A stretch of 64,000 nt of DNA. It comes from Octopus vulgaris. Its lineage: Eukaryota. Below the pieces are notes generated by a model, which was given only the letters and a program-made list of their open reading frames with translations, had not been told where the DNA came from and ran no database searches. The position numbers and the translations under genes are program-made. Position 1 is the stretch's first letter. Each line of letters starts with the position of its first letter. The stretch lies in NCBI GenBank assembly GCA_951406725.2, contig OX597831.1, forward strand, positions 50,344,001 through 50,408,000, in the 5' to 3' direction. Below, piece after piece: positions 53,691-64,000 of the stretch.

Positions 53691-56600
53691 AAATGAACGT
53701 GAGTTTTACAGTTTTGTTTCGTAAATGTTCAAGGTTGATCTATATCAAGTAGCTTCAGTCTGCATGCTTTAGCTTCCTTACAATAGCAACAGTCCGGGTA
53801 CTTACTGACCAGGCCATGTACCTGGATATATTTTTGGGGCTTAAGCGGTGTCTACTTACTTTTGTGACGTCTGTGTTTACGTGTGCCTATGTTGTTTCGT
53901 GAGTTTTGTTTCGTAAATGAAGCTTATCAATAACAATAATTGTTTCAAAACGTATGAAGTGTCCTATACTTTTCCGTGTCAGTATCTTCCTTTTCTGTAT
54001 TCTTTTTATAATTGGTGGCAAGGACATTGAAATTAATGTATCAGTTGTTAAATTAGTTGTCATAAACGAAGTCTAATAAATTTAACATAAAAAATCCGCA
54101 AAGGCAAAGCAAAATGAATTTAGATTAAAATCTGCAGAAAGAGACACCAAACGTGTTTTCAATTAACTATGACACAAGGTTTATGGCCATAATGGCATTT
54201 CTCCATCTTCCCGCTCTCCACTCCTCTTTCTCTTTCTCCTTTTGTCTTTTTCTCCCTTCTTTCGCTTCCTGTTGTTCTCTTTCCCACGCACACAAACAAG
54301 CACAGTCACACACCAAATTGTGCTTATTTTTCAGTTATTTGATGAATGTTCCTTGTTCAGTTGTAAACTGTACTTTAAATCTCATTAAATAATATGTAAC
54401 ATTCACAGATTGAATTAATAATAGTTATTATTACATCCGAAACTAAATAAAATACTAAAGTATCCTTTATAATAAAAGCAATACAAAAAACAATAGCGAA
54501 ATAAATCAAATCATTTTTACACACTTGCATCATCTTCCTAAAGCAATTTACATCTCTACGCTTCTCTTTAATTGAATATATACCTTTCACGTGGTCATTG
54601 CCATAATCTTACTTTAAATTATTGCATACATTTGTCTGTTTGTACGCGCACTCGAGTGTGTGTGTGTGGGTGGGGTGAAGTTGTTTAGTCAAAACGATAG
54701 AATAAAGGAAAGAATATTTTGTCAGAAATTTAGTTACGTATACTTTGCTTTTCATCCTGTGCCGGTAATACACCGATAACAAGTTAACTAACTGATGAAT
54801 TAACCGTGCATTTTGACGATCAGTATACTGTCGTTCTATGAAATGGAGTACCTACACTTACTGTAACTTTGAAGCGGAATCAATGTGACACTATGTGACG
54901 AAGTCTGGACTTTTTGAATAACACTTACACTCCAGAGACAGGGTGAGAGAGGAGATAGAAGGAGGAGTGAAACGAAAGAAAGAAAATAACGCAGTGAAAA
55001 GGAAATAGATTCAAAAGTAGATTGCCATTTATTTATCGATTCAAAACTAGATTGACATTTATTTATTCCTTTATCGAGAAAGGGAATATTAATATCGGTG
55101 CGTTTTGAGCACAGAAAAATAAACGAGACGCCATAAATACATTTCTAATCAAAATATTCTCCCCTATAATGCACGTTTAAAAAATATGTCGCAGAATCGA
55201 TATATGGTGGACAAAATGTGTTGTGGTATTTTGTTGTGATCCATTACGTCCTGCTGTTCATTCTTCCCATCGTTGAATTTTCCCTTCACCGTTTTACCGT
55301 TTCAGGTCAATACAAATTTATTGGTTTGCCCCCTGTAAATATTTGGCCTTCTACTTCGAGGAAAAATAATTATTTTGATGTCCATATTTTTATATATCAT
55401 TATGTAGCTCTAAATAGCAGGGTGAAGACGCGTGGCTTACTGGTTTGGCTCATTCATGATTGTACGATTATAGTTTCGATTCTTGGATCGGGCGACGCGT
55501 TTTGCTCTTGAGCAAAACACTTCAATTCAATCGGCTGCCAACAATGAGTAACCCCTTGAAGGACCATTGACCCATCCTGGTGGGGAATATATACACTGGG
55601 AAACCGGGTTTTATAAGTTGGTTTGATTTAAGAAAGTAACTTTACCTTTTTTTATCCGCAAAGAAAGAGAAGTTGGGAGAGTTGCCAGATTTTATCATCA
55701 TCATTACGGAACAAATACGCCAAGCGATCAGGTTTTCAATTTGCAGCGAATAAATAATGGTGGTTAAACTTGTTAAAAAGCCAGATATATTATAGTAGAT
55801 GTCGTCAAGTATCTACTACTGATGTTATCGACTCCGGGAAGATCAGGCTGACGATTGGTCTCTGTAGTATTCACAACATGAAGTGATTTAAGTAAATACA
55901 GTAGGCTCTATTTCTTTTTAGGATTAGCTCTCTAAGAAGAGGGTGTATCCATTGTCTTTAAATGCTCTCTTAAAGTGGTAAATTATCAAGAGTTATTTTC
56001 CTCTTGAACAATTTATATTAACCAATGCATGACATGCATAAGAAGACAATTACTAGGAGCATAGAATGTTACTGCGTGTCCTAGGGGTATACAAATAATG
56101 TGGGGTGTACAAATAATGTAAGTTTGAATGGAGGTAGCAAGAGAAACCAACCAAATCAGAGGGACAGTTGACGGTTTAGTAGATATAGAAAGGAAAGAGC
56201 AAGATGGTGCATCAATGGGCTAGATTTTGAGTTTAAAAGTAAGCGGCATTTTGCAATCAATCGGGTGATCATGCATTGTAGATCCCACTCTAATAGATGT
56301 GGGAGACATATTCCATTGTCGCTTTGTATGTTTTGAACATTGAGCTGAGAATATGGTTCGTAAATATGGGAATGTGTTATGTGACAGTGCAGATATATTA
56401 GAATATATGATATATTAAAAACTTGCAATTAGGTTTTCGGTAGTTATTCCACTGTCTTACAGGACAAGTCGATAATCTTACATCTGGATGTTCTGTTTTA
56501 TCTAACCATCGCAAGTTGTTCAACAACTGGTTTCCGACTATTAAAGATCACGGTCACGATCTCTGTATTTTCATTGTTAACACACAGCTGGGTTTTCATT

Positions 56601-57419
56601 AACCAATCTATTAGTCTGTCTGTCTCCGTTTGTATATTTTGAACATTCTAAGATATCAGGCAAATATCGTTCGCAAAATCCAGATACTGTAATGTCTACA
56701 TTTACGACTAACGTATGCCAGCCATGCGACCTGTGTAGTTTGTTGCATAACTCAGTCAATTATCATCAAGGAGATTCTCAACGATAATAGAAAACTATGT
56801 TTCATTCCCTTATTCTTCTTTCACTTCGAAGGGTTTTCTCAGTCTCCGCACTGAGTATTATTTAAGAAATGCAACTTTTCTTAGCTGTTGAATTATTATG
56901 TTATATTCGGAATATCGGAGGTTGGTAGACATAATATCACGTAATTTGAATCAAATAAGTGAAGTTGAGAATGAAGGAAGTATGCCATTTCTAAAATTGC
57001 ACAGTGATAATTCGGAGTGTTAGAATCTGATCAAGGCACGAATAATATTTCTTAAATATATAATTATGAGTTTAAATTTTCCGGCATCGTCAACATCACT
57101 AGTGTTCAATTAGCTACATGAGCGCCCACCGTGATATTTTTGGCTCTGCTGTCACCTTTGGGTTTTTTCTTTCGTAGAATATATTTTAAGAATAATCGTT
57201 GCAATTACTCTGCTTGTTACTGATACAGATATTTTAAAACGCCAGTTATTGCATCCATTATGATCACACCTTTTGGTAGTTCCACTAGTAAGTCATTTTC
57301 CAATTCTCTATATATCCTGTATCGGTTTCATGGCTACTGCTGAGTTTACGTCTGTACTTGCAAGTTTTCCAAAATGCAGTATTTTGACACTAAATCCGTG
57401 AAAACTGAATTCAATTCGC

Positions 57420-58450
57420 TGGCTCTTTTCAGCATCTTACTGGAGCGTACTATGAACGATGTTCTCGAAGACCATGTGGTTACAGTTAAGGCGGCAAGCT
57501 GGCAGAAACGCTAGCACGCCGGGTGAAATGCTGATCGGTATTTCCTCTGCCGCTACGTTCTGAGTTCAAATTCCGCCGAGGTCGACTTTGCCTTTCATCC
57601 TTTCGGGGTCGATTAAATAAGTACCAGTTACGCACTGGGGTCGATACAATCGACTTAATCCGTGTGTCTGTCCTTGTTTGTCCTCTCTGTATTTAGCCCC
57701 TTATGGGCAGTAAAGAAATAGGTTACAGTTAGGATCGGAAGCAATAAAACCTATTTATGATTTACTGCTGACATTAGTGGACTGGCGGAAAATGTGATGA
57801 AATGAGTGAATTAGTAAGACACATTGATAAAGCTGCCATCAAGATTAGAATGAAAATCTGTGCCAATGTTTCGATCTTGACAGATAGCGCTGTACAACGG
57901 CAGAAACTAGAGATTGTACAGTAGCTCAAATGCCTGGAAGAAATTATTAATGATAAAGAACCGGAACAACGGTTGTACTAACTAAAGGCAAAACAATATG
58001 GTGAGATACGAACGCTGCTATGAATATCTAAGTCAGATTTGTGCGTGCACTAGTACTTCCTATTTTCATGTACGCATGCAAGATAAGAGCTCACACTTCA
58101 GCGATGATTCAGTGAACGACACTGGTGTTAGAACTGAGTTGCTACCGACATAAGTTAGGAACATAATACTCGGATCCCACATCACAAGCGCAGTTTCTCG
58201 AAACCACCCACAATCACATTGGTCCCCTTGAAGATCTTAGAACGATGAAAGACAGAAAGGTAAGGTGTATGACCAGGTAGCAAGATCCAGTGTCCTTGTA
58301 AAATCCAATTTCCAATAAACCATTGTGTAGGAAAGAAAGCATAGTAAGTAGAATGACTGAAATGCTCATGAAATGAACAGGAAATTGATTAATAAAAGCA
58401 TGAACTCTGTCACAACTAGTGTGCAATATGTCACGACGCCTTCCTAAGTT
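57420..58450 (+). mobile_element. Old RTE-like LINE RT remnant, interrupted by a SINE
   Basis: 'LFSILLERTMNDVLEDH', then after the SINE 'F.ADISGLA...ELVRHIDKAA...MKICA'. Confidence 0.55.
57489..57720 (+). mobile_element. SINE family 2, well-preserved copy
   Basis: A-box-like 'tggcagaaacg' and B-box-like 'gagttcaaattcc'. 11-bp TSD GGTTACAGTTA at 57478-57488 and 57721-57731. Confidence 0.85.
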
Positions 58451-58599
58451 AGATCGGAGGTTGGTTCCTCAAACTAAGGTCAGCACTTTTAGAGCTTTTA
58501 TGATTCACTCGACTGTACACAGTTGAATGCTTACGTCGAAGAGTTCATGGAAGTTTTCAACTCAACTTTTCCTCTGCTCCAATGCTTTCGTAACTATGA

Positions 58600-59050
58600 A
58601 AAGAGTCGTCCACAAAAGTGGATAAAGAGGAAGAATACCAAGTTTCTGTCCAAACATTTTAAACAGAAAAGTTTCATTAGTAATTTTATACCTATCGCGT
58701 TGTATAGAGCCGAAACATGGCGAAATATTCTCAGCAGAATTGTAAATATTAGTTACCAGACTATTGTGAGAAACGAAGAACTCAGAGCCAAAATCATGTC
58801 GGAAACTGTTGGCGAACAAATGGTGAGGGGTTAATGCAGACGAATAGGTTTGATGTTAATAAAACCAGAAAGCTGTTTGGCAAGGGAAGCCCTGAATTGG
58901 AAACTGAAAAGAAAAGAAATGTAAGTCAGATTACCTGAATGTTATTCAGCGGAGTCTGAAACGTAATTGTAGAAGGAAGAAATGACATAGAATTAAGTAA
59001 TTATAAAATCTCTGAATGCGTGGGGAAACTGGTGGAGCAAAGCTAAATTG
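58600..59050 (+). mobile_element. Old RTE-like LINE C-terminal remnant
   Basis: 'PIALYRAETW..ILSRIVNISY...RNEELR...RIG...AREALNWK..RKR', followed by (GAT)n/(GAC)n. Confidence 0.55.
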
Positions 59051-61440
59051 CATCAGGAATTCGGATTTGCCATGATGATGATGATAATAATGATAAAGAC
59101 GACGACGACGACGACGACGACGACGATGATGAGGATTGTGATATATCAGAATTTTATTTCACCAATGAATGTGAAATATAATTTGAGGAAAACTCTTAAT
59201 GAAGGATATACGATAATTTCAATATATGCAAGTCGTTCCCATTTGAAATTAAAGAGATTAGCAAAACATATTTAATAGATAAACATAGATGCAAGGAGAT
59301 GAAGCGAATACTTAACAATCCTGCTCAAGAGGCGAGATAATATTTAGCGATGTTTGTAATTTACTTCAATCTTATTCAATGACTTTCAAGTACTGAAGCC
59401 GGATATTAAATAACACACACTCCGATTTTAAAACACCGGTATAAATAAACTGGTGAACATTTATTGGGATTCCAAAACGTCTTCTTTGTATTTCAGGTAG
59501 ATAGCATTATTTATTAAGAGAACCGAGTTAATTATATGTATGAGCCATCTGAACAAATCAAATGTATTTCACTATAAATTACATTTTAAAGAAATTCACG
59601 AGATTCAGGCACAGCAGATAAGATTCGATATATTAAATGTTTGTGACTGCAATATAACCATGACTCGAAGGCAGCCGAGACGAAAACAGCCAGTCCGTAA
59701 TATATCCGATATATCTTGGAGTAGGTAGACTAAAAATGTATTTGAGGAAGACTAAGATCAGCTGGCAATGAAGGATAAGGTGGCTTTCCTGAAAGGCTGA
59801 ATTGTGTCGGACTGTTTCACTCCTACTTCCGATTCAAAACCGGAAAGTGGATTTGTTCAATTCAGGCGACTGTGCACAATTTTGTTCGAAATATGCAATC
59901 AGTCAATGGAGGTGGGGTTCTGCCCATATTGGTTTTGTTGTATAATATCGTGTTAGAGTTAGAGCTTGTTGATTTGATGAAATAAATAATTATCTTCCAA
60001 GAAAAGTCATACTATCATTGGCATGATGCAGTTGTGTGTGATAATTGGTTGTGCATCAGAAAAAATGTCTTACAATATCTATCTTTTCAGTATTTTAATT
60101 AAATTACTGCTTGGATCAGGTTCTGCCTTTCATTCTGGCACGGAAATTAATAGCTATCTCAGACATTTACTAGATTCAATTTATTCGGTTTTCCAACCTT
60201 AAAGTGCGTGTCCTTCTTTTGCTATATACCACCATGATCGCCTCTGAGAGAATTTCCCTCAGTTGCAGTCGGAGTTCAACAAATTGATAATGGAGAGAAA
60301 GAAAACATTTAACATTTTAATTAACCGGTAGTTTTTTTTTTTACTTTCCTATTTTCTATCTATATGAACTGTATTTAATAAATACATGGCTACAGTTATG
60401 TAAGTTGGCATGAAGAGAAACAGACATAAGCTTTTCCCTCAAAACTGGATCGTTATCATTGGACAGGTTTCTACGTTTAAGATCCAAAACATTTCTAGCT
60501 TGACAGATCTACAGAAAAGGTTCTGTGTCTATTTACGACACAAAGGGATCGCTTCTAGTAAAAATTGTAGAAATTGACTAGATAAAGACTTTAGGATCTT
60601 CATAAAAAGATTAGCAGATAATTTAATATTTGCACAAGAAATGCCATTACAAGTGTTTCTTGCAGAAATATCGACATCAATCATTCTAGCATGGTATAGA
60701 AACATTGATGCTCACTTAATGGTGGGAGTAAACAAGAAAATGAAGACAAGTGATATCAAAGAGATTTGAGAAGGAACCTTGATCATATTCTTCCTTCTGT
60801 TTCTGAAAAGTAAAAATGTAACTGAAAATAAATTACCTCTTCTCATGGAGTAGTTTATGAAAGAATGTTCCTCGTCAACGGATAGAAATTGATAAATCGA
60901 TAGTTGGAGCACATGGATATTTACCTGGAGTTCTAATATAAGCGCATGATTCCTATTGATATTATTTGTTAGTTGATATTGCTGTAGATTTACTATGTAT
61001 GTGTGAATGTTGAATGGCCGGACTCTAACAACTAATGTGTGAATAAGTGTCGTTTCTTAATCCCTCACTGCTTTTATTGCAGTGATGTTCTGTGTCATGG
61101 TTAAATGTACCGAAACATTTTACACCGTGTGTGTGCGTGTGTGTGAGAGAGAGAGTGTGTGAGAGTGTGTGTGAGAGAGAGAGAGAGGAGGAAAGACAAA
61201 ATAACAGAAAGGAATATCCAAAGACTGATGTGTCAGCCTCAGTAGAAGCGGAAACAAGAAATCATTTTGCTCATTTCGTATCATCTTATTGAATCGCCTA
61301 TTTTTAAAATTATTTTAATTTCTTAGATATGTTATCACATATAAGCATCTTGACAGCCAGCCAACACGAATGAAATATAACACTGCACATTACTTGAACA
61401 TGTTCTTTTATGATCCATGCCATTCTCCAAGCAAGGGTTT

Positions 61441-61847
61441 ACTCTTTTACTTGTTTCAGTCATTTGACAGCGGCCATGCTGGAGCACCGCTTTTAGTCGA
61501 GCAAATCGACCCCGGGACTTATTCTTTGTAAGCCCAGTACTTATTCTATCGGTCTCTTTTGCCGAACCGCTAGGTGACGGGGACGTAAACACACCAGCAT
61601 CGGTTGTCAAGCAATGCTAGGGGGACAAACACAGACACACAAACACATACACACACATACATATATATATATATACATATATACGACAGGCTTCTTTCAG
61701 TTTCTGTCTACCAAATCCACTCACAAGGTCATTGGTCGGCCCGGGGCTATAGCAGAAGACACTTGCCCAAGATGCCACACAGTGGGACTGAACCCGGAAC
61801 GATGTGGTTGGTTAGCAAGCTACTTACCACACAGCCACTCCTGCGCC
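61441..61847 (-). mobile_element. tRNA-derived SINE, family 1
   Basis: Reverse complement of the 2948-3461 family. Confidence 0.85.
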
Positions 61848-62743
61848 TACGTTTGTGTATCTTTCAAGAATCAAGTGTCTTTCTAAATTAACTTAAATTA
61901 CTGCATTTTGTCTAATGTGATAAACTGGGACAATCATTTAAGATTCGAAGAAAACGCTCTCCGGTTCTTTACGTTTTGTCTTTAACAAAAGTCAAGATCA
62001 AGTCTGCTTTTTCTGTAGTTTTGGAGCCGATAATATAATGGATCAGTTACGTACTGGGGTTGAAAATATCGACTAACGACATTTCACAAAGTTTCAGTAC
62101 CTATATCAGTAACATTTATTGTATTTCCTTTTCTAAGTTTACGTAGAAGACGATTACGAATGTTATATTTTACTATATCTCAGTGTGACTTCTAAATTAC
62201 GAGTGGAATTCAGTAGACGAAAAATGTAGGACAAAACTGTGTGCTTATATTAAAAATTAAAGTAGAAAATTACTAGGATTACTAATTTCACAGCAGTTTC
62301 TTCAAAGCGTATCGATTACGTTGTGAACTAAACATCAATTATTTAAAACGGCAAATAAAAAAAGTCTACAACAGACATGTTGATATAATTTACTCACAAG
62401 CATCCAACAATTTTACGTCTCAACTGTTTTCAGTCTCAGAGATTGATCATCTTGGGGACACATTTTGGGCAACTCTTTTCGAGAAGCGTACCGCATGACA
62501 CTGGGCTCATTATCAGGCAATACTAAAACAATTCAAGACAACTTTTCGTTGTGTGTGCCATTCAAAAATTTCCCAAGGCTGATTCTAACTATGCCATTCG
62601 CTTCACAATTCATTTTTCTAAAGATATGCATCATCCTCTCCCACTCGACGCCTCTCACACACATACACACACGCGCTCACACATAAAAAGGAATACGTTT
62701 TCTTTCATTTTCTAGGTTGTTTCTTTATTTCGTATATGTGTAC

Positions 62744-62783
<40 letters not shown>

Positions 62784-64000
62784 ATCGAGGGCTATTACTG
62801 TGCGTAAAAGCCACATACTTTAATGAGACTCTAAGGTCAAACTACTTGAATAAGTATACACACGCGCCGACATCGTGAGAATGAAAGCTAGGAGAAATTC
62901 CTTCAATAAAAATTAGTATACTACTAATGATTTCGTGGTCATCATATATTACCATGTTCACCACTCATCAGTACGAACATAACCGGGAAAAATAATATAT
63001 AAACATCTGTACATATCAAACGAACACAACACATCCAGAAGAGCATATACAAATGTTTATATTTATAAAACCAATTTAAAGGGGTCCCTGCCTAGTTAAT
63101 CTCGCCACCTGTGTATAATATATAGCGGTTCAATATTTGTAAATAAAATATAAGGATAAAATATCTATAAAATTCCATCGAGTAGCCAGCATTGATTCAA
63201 ATACGACTCTGCTAGAGATCAAACGCATCGAAGAAGGGAAAATATATTTTCAGACATTCGATGTTTTCATCTATTTGCCATTCTTTTATTAGCCATTTTA
63301 CTTGTGCATTAATCCTATTTAAAAATGGAAGCGAACAATCACACCAAATTTCATACTCTGCTTTGTACGTGTCCAACAAAAGAGCCATCCTTTACATTTC
63401 TTTGCGTTGTTTTTGGTGTATAATCATCACAGTGTATAACGTAATTATATAACAAATGAGACAAGAGAATATGTTACACAATTCAATTTTCTATCAGTAT
63501 AGTCTCCTCTTCTTGATATTTTTATACTTTTTTTCTGCTTTCTCCCATTTTGTTTTAATATTTCTCTTTTCCATCATTATATCTTGCTATATTTTTTACT
63601 GACGTTTTCTGTGTTATATCCATTTATTATAACCAGTTTCCTATTCATTCTCCTTCTGGAGATTGAGAACAGGATCTTTCAATTTTTCGCCTCTTTTGTT
63701 TAATTTATATCGTTTTATTTTTAGTCATAATCAAACGTAGACTGATTTTCTGCACTTAACAAGAATGGCTGTTTAGATCTACATCGTTATGTGCATAGAA
63801 AAAACGTGAACATATTGGCACAGTTTCATATGATTTTTCTGTCTGTTGTTAACACACTGAGCATGAGAAACTCTTCAAACAATTTTTGTCAGTGAGAAAG
63901 GAACACGCAAAAGTATTTCAACATGTGCATTAAGTAGGTAATGTTTTATCGCTACAATAGTTAGAACGTGTATCGTTACTACACAGAACTTTATTGATAA

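Noticed and set aside
53700-53765. Minus-strand CUGAAGC...GAAAC...GUA hammerhead-like words
   Set aside because: No consistent stem I or stem II pairing.
59760-59935. Minus-strand 'QSPELN' peptide resembling the Tc1/mariner SPDLN motif
   Set aside because: Too short and decayed, and no TIRs were found.

Overview
AT-rich, microsatellite-dense eukaryotic DNA with no confidently identifiable host gene. The repeat content looks like a cephalopod (Octopus-like) intergenic or long-intron region; this is inferred from the SINE types only. Nearly everything recognisable is transposon-derived. The dominant structure is a young ~11 kb inverted (back-to-back) array of a Penelope-like retroelement (PLE) at ~24.5-35.5 kb. 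It contains two near-identical full-length RT + GIY-YIG ORFs with a ~255-aa Asn-rich insert, a third partial copy, an inverted 151-bp junction fragment, and pseudo-LTRs carrying a non-canonical hammerhead-like motif. A second, decayed PLE (~39.5-46.0 kb) has a canonical minimal hammerhead. Its in-frame poly-Asn (AAC/AAT)n linker was invaded by a near-complete Dong/R4-type LINE and an AAT-tailed repeat. Also present: further PLE remnants, a second Dong-like LINE interrupted by a mariner, two Tc1-like elements, a hAT MITE with an 8-bp TSD, RTE-like remnants, three SINE families and a 126-bp hairpin. Most short ORFs in the track are microsatellite artefacts. Alignments and RNA folds were done by eye, so boundaries of old elements are approximate.
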